Positions 17,244 through 26,989 of a stretch of 64,000 nucleotides of DNA are shown here, in pieces. Under the pieces are notes generated by a model. The model worked only from the letters and a program-made list of their open reading frames with translations, was not told where the DNA came from and did no database searches. This stretch comes from an uncultured Chitinophaga sp. (GTDB taxonomy: Bacteria > Bacteroidota > Bacteroidia > Chitinophagales > LD1): positions 86,175 to 150,174 of the forward strand of contig CAYREY010000001.1 in assembly GCA_964423405.1 (NCBI GenBank). Reading direction: 5' to 3'. The translations under genes were made by a program, and so were the position numbers. The number at the start of each line of letters is the position of its first letter. Positions within the stretch are counted from its first letter, which is position 1.

Positions 17244-18134
17244 TTGAAAAACGTGCCACTACCCTTTACTGCCGGTATCCGTTACATGCTGCTAAGCACC
17301 CTAAGCTTTGCAGTAATGAATGTGTTTATTAAAAAGGTGAGCAACATACCTGCTATGGAGGTAGTTTTCTTCCGCTGTACGGTATCTATGCTGATGTGCT
17401 TTTACATTATATGGCAGGATAAGGCCGACTGGAAAGGCAGCAACCGCAAGCTACTGTTAGCCCGTGGTATATTTGGCACCATAGCCCTTTACACGTTTTT
17501 TATTACGCTACAGCAAATACCGCTGGGTACAGCAGTTACCATACAGTACCTCTCTCCTATCTTTACTACTATCATAGCTATATTCTGGTTGCAGGAGAAA
17601 GTAAAGCCGCTGCAATGGTTGTTCTTTTTATTATCGTTTGCCGGCGTGCTGGTTATTAAAGGGTTCGATAGCCGGATATCGTTGAGTATGCTGGCAGTAG
17701 GTATTACATCGGCGCTGGCATCGGGCTTTGCCTATAATATGGTGCGCAGCCTTAAAGCGAAAGAACATACTATGGTGGTGGTGCTGCACTTTCAGTTAAT
17801 TGGTGCAGCTACCGGTTTGGTGTTTACACTGTTTAACTGGAAAACCCCACAGGGTTGGGAGTGGTTTTATCTGATAATGATTGGCGTGTGTACACAACTG
17901 GGGCAGGTTAACCTGACCAAGGCGTTGCAGAGCGAAAAAATGGCCAACGTAACTATCTTCAACTACCTGGGCATACTATATGCACTGGGCTTTGGCTTTA
18001 TACTGTTTGGCGAGCACTACGGCGGGCTTACCCTTTGGGGTATAGCATTGGTTTTGGCAGGTGTGCTATTAAACTATTTTTACCAGCAGAAAGAACACCA
18101 AGCCGAAGAAGACTTAACTACTGTAGAAGAATGA
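17244..18134 (+). CDS. DMT/EamA family transporter
   Basis: About 10 TM helices, two EamA repeats, YLSPIFT..AIFWLQEK motif; TTG start. Confidence 0.92.
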   Translation: MKNVPLPFTAGIRYMLLSTLSFAVMNVFIKKVSNIPAMEVVFFRCTVSMLMCFYIIWQDKADWKGSNRKLLLARGIFGTIALYTFFITLQQIPLGTAVTIQYLSPIFTTIIAIFWLQEKVKPLQWLFFLLSFAGVLVIKGFDSRISLSMLAVGITSALASGFAYNMVRSLKAKEHTMVVVLHFQLIGAATGLVFTLFNWKTPQGWEWFYLIMIGVCTQLGQVNLTKALQSEKMANVTIFNYLGILYALGFGFILFGEHYGGLTLWGIALVLAGVLLNYFYQQKEHQAEEDLTTVEE

Positions 18135-19465
18135 GCCAGCCGCACACCTACCCCGAAGCATTTTTGCACCGCCTTAAAAATATACTGGGCGATAGCTTTG
18201 ATGCTTTTATAGAAAGTCTGAACGGGGCCTCTCCTACCTCGGTGCGCTTAAACCCTTACAAACCTGCCGGTGTATTTAGCAATGAAGAACCGGTAAGCTG
18301 GTGCAGCAACGGGCGCTACCTGGCCGAGCGGCCTTCGTTTACCTTCGACCCGTTGTTTCACGCAGGGGCCTATTATGTGCAGGAGGCCAGCAGTATGTTT
18401 GTAGAGCAGGCCTGGCTAGCTACCGGTGCCGGCAACCAACCGGTGCGCGTGCTTGATTTATGTGCAGCCCCGGGCGGCAAATCTACCCACCTGTTATCGT
18501 TGATGAGCAGCGACAGCCTGCTGGTGTGTAACGAAATAATACCTAACCGCAATAAAATATTGCAGCAGAATATAGTAAAGTGGGGTACGGCCAATTGCGT
18601 TATCACCCAAAACAAACCGGCAGATTTTGCAGCCCTTGCCAACTGGTTTGATATAGTGCTGGTAGATGCGCCGTGCAGTGGCGAAGGACTTTTTAGAAAA
18701 GATAAAGATGCCATAGATGAATGGAGCGAACGCAATGTAGAGTTATGCGCTACCCGACAAACCGAGATACTGGAATATGCTACCATGGCACTAAAGCCGG
18801 GTGGTTATTTAATATACAGCACCTGCACCTACGAACCGGCTGAAAACGACAACCAGATTGGCCGGTTGGGTATGAGAACAATAGAATTAAACGCGGGGGT
18901 ATTAGAGGCTGGAGTTACTAAAACAGAATACGGCTACCAATTTTATCCGCACAAAACCAAAGGCGAAGGGTTCTATCTATCGCTGCAACAAAAACAAGGA
19001 GCCGATAGCCCGTACCGGCAACCGGTAGCTGCTGCGGCAAAAACCAATAAGCAATATGCCGATATACTGGAGCAATACCTGGAGCAGCCCGAAGCCTTTA
19101 CCCCTTATGTAAAAAACGATATGTTGTTTGCGCTGCCGCTGCATATAGCCAACGATTTTGATTATATGCAGAAGAATTTTTACCTGCGCCACTCGGGTAT
19201 ATTTATGGGCACGCTAAAGGGAAAAGATTTTTTACCATCGCACGATTTGGCCCTGAGCATACACCTGAAAAAAGGTTTACCAACGGTGGAAGTAATACAC
19301 GATGAAGCCATAGCTTACCTGCGCTGCGAAACACCTAAACTACCCACCACGCAAACCGGCTGGATGCTGGTAACACACCAGCAACACCCACTGGGCTGGA
19401 TAAAAGCTATGCCCGGCAGGTATAACAATTACTTTCCCAAAGAGTGGAGAATACTAAAGAGATAA
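18131..19465 (+). CDS. rsmF: RsmF/RsmB (NOL1/NOP2/Sun) rRNA cytosine-C5 methyltransferase
   Basis: YYVQEASS, VLDLCAAPGGKSTH, DAPCSGEG, YSTCT; C-terminal PUA-like region; ATGA overlap with upstream gene. Confidence 0.88.
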   Translation: MSQPHTYPEAFLHRLKNILGDSFDAFIESLNGASPTSVRLNPYKPAGVFSNEEPVSWCSNGRYLAERPSFTFDPLFHAGAYYVQEASSMFVEQAWLATGAGNQPVRVLDLCAAPGGKSTHLLSLMSSDSLLVCNEIIPNRNKILQQNIVKWGTANCVITQNKPADFAALANWFDIVLVDAPCSGEGLFRKDKDAIDEWSERNVELCATRQTEILEYATMALKPGGYLIYSTCTYEPAENDNQIGRLGMRTIELNAGVLEAGVTKTEYGYQFYPHKTKGEGFYLSLQQKQGADSPYRQPVAAAAKTNKQYADILEQYLEQPEAFTPYVKNDMLFALPLHIANDFDYMQKNFYLRHSGIFMGTLKGKDFLPSHDLALSIHLKKGLPTVEVIHDEAIAYLRCETPKLPTTQTGWMLVTHQQHPLGWIKAMPGRYNNYFPKEWRILKR

Positions 19466-19472
19466 ATACCGG

Positions 19473-19517
19473 CCTCACCCTAAATGCCTCTCCAAAAGAG
19501 AGGGACTTTAACAGCCA
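19473..19517. repeat. Short dispersed palindromic element, copy 1
   Basis: CCTCACCCTAAATG-CCTCTC-caaaa-GAGAGG-GACTTTAACAGCCA; similar to 20777-20820. Confidence 0.6.
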
Positions 19518-19559
19518 ATACAATAAATTTCACTAACCTTTGCCCATTAAATACAAGCT

Positions 19560-20768
19560 ATGTCGAAGTACCCGGCCCTTATACTGCATAAAAACAAAAC
19601 ACAAGCCGTTAAACGTTTTCACCCCTGGGTGTTTTCGGGGGCGGTAAAACAACGGGAAGGCAACCCTAACCAGGGCGATGTGGTAGAGATATACTCAGAA
19701 ACAGGTGAATACCTGGGCATAGGCCACTTTGGTACCGGCAGTGTGAGCGCGCGTATTTTTTCGTTTGAAAAAGTAACCTCGCTGGAAGAACTGTGGCGGC
19801 AGAAACTGATGAATGCCTTTATGTTGCGCCGCAACATAGGCCTTACCGAAAGCAAAACAACCAATGCCTACCGGCTGGTAAATGCCGAGGGCGATGGGCT
19901 GCCGGGACTGATAATAGACTGGTATAACGGCACGGCTGTAATACAATGCCACAGCAAAGCCATGCACGCCGAAAAGGATAAGTTTGTAGAGATATTGAAA
20001 AAAGGCTACGGCGACCGGATACATGCAGTGTATGATAAAAGTACCGCCTCTATGCACCACAAACCCGGCAGCGAGGGCGATGCTGCTGCCGGTGCCAAAC
20101 AAACCGATGGCTACCTGTGGGGCACACCACAGGAAAGGGTGGCGCTGGAAAACAACCACAAGTTTGCCATTGACTGGGTACAGGGCCAGAAAACAGGTTT
20201 CTTTATAGACCAGCGCGATAACCGGCAACTGCTTAGCCAGTACGCGCATGGCAAAAAGGTATTAAACACGTTTTGCTACTCGGGCGGGTTTTCGGTATAT
20301 GCCTTGCAGGCAGGGGCCAGCCTGGTGCACTCGGTAGATAGTTCGGCCAAAGCTATAGACCTGACAAATGAAAACGTTAAACTAAACCAGTTGACGGGCA
20401 CACATCAAGCCTATGCCGAAGATGTGTTTGACTTTATGCGCGCCTCAGATGAAGCGTATGATGTAGTGGTATTAGACCCGCCGGCATTTGCCAAGGGGCA
20501 ATCGGCCAGGCACCATGCCATACAGGCGTATACCAGGCTTAACCAGGCAGCTTTCCGCAAAATCAAGAAAGGGGGTATTGTGTTTACATTCTCCTGCTCG
20601 CAGGTGGTGGACCGCGAAATGTTTACCGGCGCTGTTACTTCGGCCGCTATCGAATCTAAACGCAACATAAAGGTGCTGCACCACCTATCGCAGCCGGCCG
20701 ACCACCCGGTAAGTATATTTAACCCTGAAGGTTTGTACCTGAAAGGAATGGTAGTGTATGTAGAATAG
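19560..20768 (+). CDS. rlmI: RlmI-family 23S rRNA cytosine-C5 methyltransferase
   Basis: N-terminal PUA (HPWVFSG), RLVNAEGDGLPGLIID, GQKTGFFIDQRDNR, VVLDPPAF, FSCS. Confidence 0.88.
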   Translation: MSKYPALILHKNKTQAVKRFHPWVFSGAVKQREGNPNQGDVVEIYSETGEYLGIGHFGTGSVSARIFSFEKVTSLEELWRQKLMNAFMLRRNIGLTESKTTNAYRLVNAEGDGLPGLIIDWYNGTAVIQCHSKAMHAEKDKFVEILKKGYGDRIHAVYDKSTASMHHKPGSEGDAAAGAKQTDGYLWGTPQERVALENNHKFAIDWVQGQKTGFFIDQRDNRQLLSQYAHGKKVLNTFCYSGGFSVYALQAGASLVHSVDSSAKAIDLTNENVKLNQLTGTHQAYAEDVFDFMRASDEAYDVVVLDPPAFAKGQSARHHAIQAYTRLNQAAFRKIKKGGIVFTFSCSQVVDREMFTGAVTSAAIESKRNIKVLHHLSQPADHPVSIFNPEGLYLKGMVVYVE

Positions 20769-20776
20769 TAGTAGCG

Positions 20777-20820
20777 CCCCCTCCTAAAATCCTCCCCGAA
20801 AGGGAGGACTTAAACAGCCA
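20777..20820. repeat. Short dispersed palindromic element, copy 2
   Basis: CCCCCTCCTAAAAT-CCTCCC-cgaaa-GGGAGG-ACTTAAACAGCCA; similar to 19473-19517. Confidence 0.6.
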
Positions 20821-20990
20821 TAAAACACAACAGGTGAGTTAAATACTTTTAAAGCCTTAGTATTGTTGCAACGGCTTACGTAGAAAAGATAACTACCAAT
20901 GGTTAAGATATTTTAACGGCGGGCCGGTTGGCACGTTATTAGCCTGTTAACAGAATTAGCATACATTTGGCAGCGCATTAAACCAAAACT

Positions 20991-22481
20991 ATGAAGAGAA
21001 AGATTGCTACAACCCTATTAGCTTTTCTTACCCTGGCGGTAGCCTTTGCAGGCACCAACAAAACCCCGATGAACATTAAAATAGCTGTGAAGGGGCTTGA
21101 AAATTCTACCATGATACTGGCCAACTACTATGGCGACAAACAGTATGTAAAAGACACCCTGCAGTTTGACAAGAAAGGGGTAATAACCCTTAAGCAGGAT
21201 ACCACCTACCCGGGCGGGGTGTATCTGGCTGTGTTTCCTGCATTGGGTAACCGTTATTTTGAGTTTATCATCAGCGAATCGGCTTTTAGCATAGAAACCG
21301 ATACCAATGACCTGACTGCCCACATTAAAGTTAGCAACTCGGTAGAGAACAGTCTGTTTTACGACGACATGAAGTTCCTGTCGAAAATGAAACATGCTTC
21401 TGACTCGCTGAGCGGTTTATGGAAAGGTGCCAAAGACCCTAAGGAAAAAGAAAAATACCTGAACGAGCTTAAAAAGCTTGATACCGAGGTAAAGGCAAAA
21501 CGTAACGATGTTACAACCAAATACCCTACCCTGTTTTATGCCAAGCTGCTAAAATCGATGAAAGATATTGATGTACCGGAGCCACCGCGCAACCCCGATG
21601 GTAGCATGAAGGATTCTGCTTTCCAATGGCGTTTTTACAAAGCCCACTACTGGGATTATGTGGACCTGGGCGATGAGCGCCTGCTGCGCACACCGGTGTT
21701 CCACAATAAGCTTAAAACCTTCATGAACCAGACAATTGTTCAGATACCTGATTCGATAATAGCTGGAAGCGAAGAATTACTATCTAAAACAGATAAAAAG
21801 AACGAGGTGTACCGCTATATACTTACGTACATTTTTAATGAAATGGCCAACAGTAAGATAATGGGCTACGATGGGGTATACCAATACCTTGGCGAAAAAT
21901 ATTTCTGCGTACAGTCCCTTACCCCATGGATAGACTCTGTAAAACGCTTTAAAATATGCGACCGGGCTACCCGCCTTAAGCCGGTAATGATAGGTAAGCC
22001 AGCGCAACGCCTGATATTACCTACCGACAGCACCGAGATGCAATGGCGCTCGCTACAGGATATAAAAGCCAAATACACCATTGTTGCATTCTGGGACCCG
22101 GATTGTGGCCACTGCAAAAAAGAAATACCAGTACTGGTAGAAGCATACCACAACCTTAAAAAGAAAGGTATAGATGTACAAACCTACAGCCCGGCTATTA
22201 TGGAAATGGAGAACTACAAAGACTGGCTGGAGTTTATACAGAAAAACAACCTTGACTGGATAAACGTGTGCGATGCCAAGCGCCACAGCAATTTCCGCTT
22301 TGAGTGGGATATACAAAGCACGCCACAGATATACATACTGGATAAAGACAAAATTATACGTGCCCGCCGTATAGGCGCCGACCAGGTGGAAGACTGGATA
22401 CTGCACATGGAAGACCCAACCTACAAAGGCAAACTACCAACCAAAGTTAACGACAACGATAAACAGGAAGGCACTGAATAA
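20991..22481 (+). CDS. DUF4369/DUF5106 plus TlpA-like thioredoxin domain periplasmic protein
   Basis: Signal peptide; HYWDYVDLGDERLLRTP (DUF5106-like); FWDPDCGHCKK CxxC thioredoxin motif. Confidence 0.85.
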   Translation: MKRKIATTLLAFLTLAVAFAGTNKTPMNIKIAVKGLENSTMILANYYGDKQYVKDTLQFDKKGVITLKQDTTYPGGVYLAVFPALGNRYFEFIISESAFSIETDTNDLTAHIKVSNSVENSLFYDDMKFLSKMKHASDSLSGLWKGAKDPKEKEKYLNELKKLDTEVKAKRNDVTTKYPTLFYAKLLKSMKDIDVPEPPRNPDGSMKDSAFQWRFYKAHYWDYVDLGDERLLRTPVFHNKLKTFMNQTIVQIPDSIIAGSEELLSKTDKKNEVYRYILTYIFNEMANSKIMGYDGVYQYLGEKYFCVQSLTPWIDSVKRFKICDRATRLKPVMIGKPAQRLILPTDSTEMQWRSLQDIKAKYTIVAFWDPDCGHCKKEIPVLVEAYHNLKKKGIDVQTYSPAIMEMENYKDWLEFIQKNNLDWINVCDAKRHSNFRFEWDIQSTPQIYILDKDKIIRARRIGADQVEDWILHMEDPTYKGKLPTKVNDNDKQEGTE

Positions 22482-22506
22482 GCTGGATGTAATGCAGAAT
22501 ATAAAT

Positions 22507-22535
22507 AAAACGGGAACCTTAAGGTTCCCGTTTTT
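22507..22535. terminator. Intrinsic terminator
   Basis: AAAACGGGAACCTTAAGGTTCCCGTTTT perfect inverted repeat followed by T tract. Confidence 0.85.
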
Positions 22536-22564
22536 GTTTTGCAAATACTATACATTTGAACCGG

Positions 22565-23182
22565 ATGGAAGAGCATACACCCGAAAAGAAAAACAGCCTG
22601 TTATACAAAGCCTCTCTGGCAATTTCTACCATTGGCAACCCGCTGATAACATTCTCTGTATTTGTACTGTTTATTACCCTTAAAACAATGGATGGGATGT
22701 CGGCAGCCTTGTTATCGTTGCTGGTAATAGGCTGTGTTACAATCCCCATTAGTATAAACAACTATGTAAAAACCAAAAATGGCAAATACACCAACTACGA
22801 CGTTAGCGACCGCGAACAACGTCAGGGGTTTTATCATTTTCTGTTGTTATTAATAGGCGGCGTTACCGGCATACTATACCTTACAAACCAGCCGGCAGCT
22901 TTCAGGCACGGCAGCCTGGTGTTTTTGGTAATGGTAATAGTATCGTACGTAATTAACTACCGGCTCAAGGTATCTATGCACACCTCTATTTCTGTTTACC
23001 TGGGTATTACCTTGTTGCTTGTAAACTTTAACGCCGGACTGGCCATGCTGGTGTTTGCAGTGCTTATTGGCTTAAGCCGGCTGGTACTAAAAAGACACTC
23101 CGTTGCTGAGGTAGTAGCCGGACTGGCTGTTGGTTTTGTATTTGGTGCGGCCAATTATTGGGTGCAGTTAAATATTGGTTAA
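22565..23182 (+). CDS. PAP2-like membrane protein (degenerate phosphatase motifs)
   Basis: Six TM helices; KVSMHTS and SRLVLKRHSVAEV resemble PAP2 motifs 2 and 3; motif 1 not evident. Confidence 0.7.
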   Translation: MEEHTPEKKNSLLYKASLAISTIGNPLITFSVFVLFITLKTMDGMSAALLSLLVIGCVTIPISINNYVKTKNGKYTNYDVSDREQRQGFYHFLLLLIGGVTGILYLTNQPAAFRHGSLVFLVMVIVSYVINYRLKVSMHTSISVYLGITLLLVNFNAGLAMLVFAVLIGLSRLVLKRHSVAEVVAGLAVGFVFGAANYWVQLNIG

Positions 23183-23241
23183 CGTTGCTATACGTTAATC
23201 AACCTATATAATTTATTCAGCTGAGGTCCGTTCAATATGCA

Positions 23242-23958
23242 GTGAAGACCATACCACGCATCCTACACCTGCTCCTCTCCTGTTTTGTTTTGCTGCTTTT
23301 ATTTACAGGTTTTGCACCTGTAAATAGAATAGACACCTACATAGTAAACCCGCAGCAACAGCACCTGCAAATGTTTTACAAGAATGGCACCAGCGCATAC
23401 CGCAGTATTGCCAATCTTAAAAAAAAAATACAGCAGCAAAAACAAACTCTGCTATTTGCCATGAATGGAGGCATGTACCAGACCGACAACTCGCCATTAG
23501 GGCTGTACATAGAAAATGGCGAGCAGATTACCGGCATAAACAAGCGCAGCGGAAGCGGAAATTTTTATATGGAACCGAATGGTGTGCTCTACATTACAAC
23601 AGCTGGCAAAGCAGCCATTTGCCCAACCAATAGCTACCCCGGAAATAGTAACGTAAAATATGCCACCCAATCGGGGCCTATGCTGGTAATTGACGATAGT
23701 ATTAACCCGCTGTTTAAATCGGGCTCGGCTAACCTGAATATACGTAACGGGGTGGGCTTATTGCCGGGCAACAAACTGCTGTTTGCCATTAGCGCACAGC
23801 CTATCAACTTTTATGATTTTGCCGATTTTTATAAAAAGGCCGGATGCCGCAATGCCCTTTACCTGGATGGGTATGTATCGAGGGCATATATCCCCGAAAA
23901 GGGCCGTTATGACGAAGATGGAGATTTTGGGGTACTGATAGCTGTAACCAAACCATGA
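23242..23958 (+). CDS. Phosphodiester glycosidase family (NAGPA/YigE-like) protein
   Basis: FAMNGGMY, PNGV, ATQSGPML, IRNGVG, ALYLDG. Confidence 0.87.
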   Translation: MKTIPRILHLLLSCFVLLLLFTGFAPVNRIDTYIVNPQQQHLQMFYKNGTSAYRSIANLKKKIQQQKQTLLFAMNGGMYQTDNSPLGLYIENGEQITGINKRSGSGNFYMEPNGVLYITTAGKAAICPTNSYPGNSNVKYATQSGPMLVIDDSINPLFKSGSANLNIRNGVGLLPGNKLLFAISAQPINFYDFADFYKKAGCRNALYLDGYVSRAYIPEKGRYDEDGDFGVLIAVTKP

Positions 23959-23996
23959 AAATATAAACCACATCTACCTCACCTAAAATAACCATT

Positions 23997-24920
23997 ATGA
24001 AACCTGTAATAAGTATGCTGGCACTTGCCGGCTTAGTAGTATTTATATTTACTCGTTGCAGCAGCAACCACAAAAGAGAAAGAACCAGCACCGAAACAAA
24101 AGCTGAAGTAGAGAAGAGTAACAACTCATCGCTACCGGTATCATCTGCGGCAGCAGTAGCTACAACCAGCGATACTTCGCTACACTTTATACGTACTGCC
24201 GACATAAAGTTTCAGGTAAACGATGTAGCGCAGGCCACCTATGCTATTGAAGATGCTGTAAGCGAGCAGGGTGGCTACGTAGCGTATACCAACCTGCAAA
24301 GCCGCATAGATGATAAAAACAACATACCGGTATCAGCCGATTCAATGCTGGTGGTAACGCACTACCAGGTAACCAATACGATAACACTAAGAGTGCCTAA
24401 TAACCGCTTAGATACCACACTTAAAAAGATTGCCGGCCAGGTAAGCTATCTGGATTACCGCGTAATACGTGCCGATGATGTAGCCCTGCAACTGTTAGGT
24501 AATAAACTAAAACAACAACGTTTGGCCAAACACGAACAACGCCTGACGGCCGCTATAGATAACCGGGGGCGTAAACTTGAGCAGGTTACCGAGGCAGAAA
24601 ACGACCTGCTTAATAAACAGGAGCAGGCAGATGATGCCGTTATAAGCAACCTGAGCACGGCTAACCAAATGAAGTATAGTACTATAACCCTGGACATATA
24701 CCAGCCTGCCGGTACTACCCACCACCTGATAGCAAACGAAAAAAATATACACGCTTACCAGCCCGGCCTGGGCTTACGCTTAAAAGAAGCAGCACAAACC
24801 GGCTGGGAAGCAATGACCGATGTACTGGTGGCAATTGTACAAGTATGGTGGTTGATAGTGCTGGCTATACTGGCACTTATACTTTATAAAAAAGCAAAAC
24901 CAATACTGTATAACAATTAA
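23997..24920 (+). CDS. DUF4349 domain lipoprotein with C-terminal TM anchor
   Basis: Lipobox-like FTRC; IRTADIKFQV, ITLRVP, YSTITLDIYQ, C-terminal hydrophobic helix. Confidence 0.85.
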   Translation: MKPVISMLALAGLVVFIFTRCSSNHKRERTSTETKAEVEKSNNSSLPVSSAAAVATTSDTSLHFIRTADIKFQVNDVAQATYAIEDAVSEQGGYVAYTNLQSRIDDKNNIPVSADSMLVVTHYQVTNTITLRVPNNRLDTTLKKIAGQVSYLDYRVIRADDVALQLLGNKLKQQRLAKHEQRLTAAIDNRGRKLEQVTEAENDLLNKQEQADDAVISNLSTANQMKYSTITLDIYQPAGTTHHLIANEKNIHAYQPGLGLRLKEAAQTGWEAMTDVLVAIVQVWWLIVLAILALILYKKAKPILYNN

Positions 24921-25474
24921 TACCGGGTTTTAGCCAGTTGCCCGGTTGCAATAACAGCCTTTACCTCTTCGGCCGATGGCTCCTGTAAGGTATATACCTT
25001 AACACCGGTTATTTCCATCTCATCCAGTATGTTTACCATGCTGCTGTAATGCGAACCGGATAATAACTTAATAAGGCAAACCATCTGCCGTGGTTTGCCA
25101 CTTATATCGGGCGGGCACGATGCACGTACCTCCGTGGCTTTTTCCATTAAAACCTGCCTGATACCATCCTCGGGATTTAAAGAAGTTTCTTTCAGGTTTT
25201 CCATTGCCAGACCTTCGTAGGTGTATATACGGTCGGCAGAATCTATAAGCACTTGCAGTACCTGACAATCGCCAATTGGGGCAGTAACACCGCCATCTGG
25301 CATGGCAAGGTCCATTTGGCGCGATTCTGTAATAACAACCGTAAGCATGAAAAAAGAAATCAATAAAAAGGCCAGATCTACCATGGGGGTAAGATCTACC
25401 CTAAGTGATTGCTTTCGTGAGCGGGGTTTGTTTCCGGAACCGGCTGTCCGTTCGGTATTGCTAATGTCTTCCAT
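24917..25474 (-). CDS. exbD: Biopolymer transporter ExbD/TolR family protein
   Basis: VDLTPMVDLAFLLISFFML TM motif with conserved Asp; Y..MVNILDEM. Confidence 0.88.
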   Translation of the reverse strand: MEDISNTERTAGSGNKPRSRKQSLRVDLTPMVDLAFLLISFFMLTVVITESRQMDLAMPDGGVTAPIGDCQVLQVLIDSADRIYTYEGLAMENLKETSLNPEDGIRQVLMEKATEVRASCPPDISGKPRQMVCLIKLLSGSHYSSMVNILDEMEITGVKVYTLQEPSAEEVKAVIATGQLAKTRY

Positions 25475-25541
25475 AGGTTATAGGTTTTTATAACAGGATG
25501 CAGCTACCGCTATATTTCCATAAGACACATCAACAGGCAAT

Positions 25542-25577
25542 AACAAAAACAGCCGGACGATACCGGCTGTTTTTGTT
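25542..25577. terminator. Intrinsic terminator
   Basis: AACAAAAACAGCCGG-acgata-CCGGCTGTTTTTGTT. Confidence 0.85.
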
Positions 25578-25592
25578 CAGGCTAAACATAAT

Positions 25593-26756
25593 TTAGCGTT
25601 GCAATACTTTACCAAACACATCCTTAATAATATCGCTGGTTTGGCCGGCAGGGTCTTTACGTATTTTTGCTTCCTCCTGGGCTACCATGTAAAACAAACC
25701 ATCTATAGCTTTACGGGTAACATAATCGGGCAGGTCGGTACTAATAGGGCTAACCAATGGTATTTTGTTGTAGTATGTAGTAATATCTTTCCAGTACTTG
25801 GTGGCAAGGGTTTTATCCAGTGCAGTTTTAATAGTTGGCTTAAAAGATGTAACCAGGCTTTCGGTGGTTGTGCGCTTTAAAAACTGAGTAGCGGCATCGG
25901 GTTGTTGGTTGCTTACAATGTTTACCGCATCGGTTACGGTCATCTGCTTAATGCTATTTATAAAAATAGGCCCTGCCTGTTTTGCTGCATCCTCTGCTGC
26001 ACGGTTCATGCTTAACACCATATTATCGGCCAGGCTGCCCATGCCCATACTGCGCAGGGTACTTTCTGCCTGCCTTACCTGAGTTGGAAAAGGAATTTTA
26101 ATAGCCGTGTTTTTAAAAAAGCCATCGGTTACCGATACTTTATCTACGCCAACTTGTATGCCTTTCATCAGGGCTTCTTTAATAGCGCTGGTGGCATCAC
26201 CATCGGTAATAGTATTGATGATGCTGCCGGGAGTTGTTTGGGTATTCGTGTTGGTATTGTTACCCGAGCCCTTTGTCCCAATATTTGTTTGCTGTTGTGT
26301 GCCGGTATTGGTTTGGGTGTTGTTGCCCGATTGTTGAGTGGTATTGTTATCTGTGGATGTTCCACTACCTGTTGCTGTACCGGGCCTCTCTAAAGTGCCT
26401 GTTTTTATGGTTTTGGTAGTTGTACCGCCATTTATGGTTTGAGGTGTATTTGTAGTGGTTTTAGAGGTGCCACTGCTGCTAGTACCTGCCGGTGTGGTTT
26501 TGGTGGTACTGGTTGTTTTACTACTGCCTGTTTTGGTAGTAGTAGTTTTAGAAGGGGTAGGTTTAACTGTAGTAGTTGACTTACCTGTAGCTGATTTTGC
26601 AGTAGAGGTGGTTTTAGTTACAGTAGATTTTGCTTTGCTTACAGACTGAGTTGGCAATTTCTTCACTGTTGTTGTGGTGGTAGTTGTCTGAGCCTGCGTG
26701 CTAACTGCCAGTAAAGTGGCAAATGCTGTGGTTAGCAACGGTTTAATCATCTTCAT
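25593..26756 (-). CDS. DUF4197 domain protein with long N-terminal Thr/Lys/Ser/Gly-rich low-complexity region
   Basis: C-terminal AIKEALMKG...IKIPFP...LSMNRAAEDAA...YVTRKAIDGLFYMVAQEEAKIRKDP; about 155 aa low-complexity segment after the signal peptide. Confidence 0.9.
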   Translation of the reverse strand: MKMIKPLLTTAFATLLAVSTQAQTTTTTTTVKKLPTQSVSKAKSTVTKTTSTAKSATGKSTTTVKPTPSKTTTTKTGSSKTTSTTKTTPAGTSSSGTSKTTTNTPQTINGGTTTKTIKTGTLERPGTATGSGTSTDNNTTQQSGNNTQTNTGTQQQTNIGTKGSGNNTNTNTQTTPGSIINTITDGDATSAIKEALMKGIQVGVDKVSVTDGFFKNTAIKIPFPTQVRQAESTLRSMGMGSLADNMVLSMNRAAEDAAKQAGPIFINSIKQMTVTDAVNIVSNQQPDAATQFLKRTTTESLVTSFKPTIKTALDKTLATKYWKDITTYYNKIPLVSPISTDLPDYVTRKAIDGLFYMVAQEEAKIRKDPAGQTSDIIKDVFGKVLQR

Positions 26757-26924
26757 GTGCGTGTTTTTTGAATTAAATATCCAAATGTGGTGCCAATCTA
26801 CGCTTTAATAAGCAAAACAACCTAAAAGCGTGTTTAAGGGTGCATTGTTTTCTGAATGTTAAGACATTTTTTTTACAGTAACAACCCAGTTACCAAAGCA
26901 GAAACCACATTTTAGCCTCCAAAA

Positions 26925-26946
26925 CTTAACATTGGCTTAACATTGT
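26925..26946 (+). promoter_or_regulatory. Tandem 11-bp direct repeat, Pho-box-like operator candidate
   Basis: CTTAACATTGG-CTTAACATTGT 44 bp upstream of the DUF47-PiT operon. Confidence 0.5.
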
Positions 26947-26989
26947 AAATATACTTTCGCATTAACAATTAAAAACAAAAACAAGCATT

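Noticed and set aside
25582-25596. CTAA...TTAG near the DUF4197 stop as a second SOS box
   Set aside because: The spacer is 7 rather than 5 nt and it lies at a gene 3' end, not a promoter
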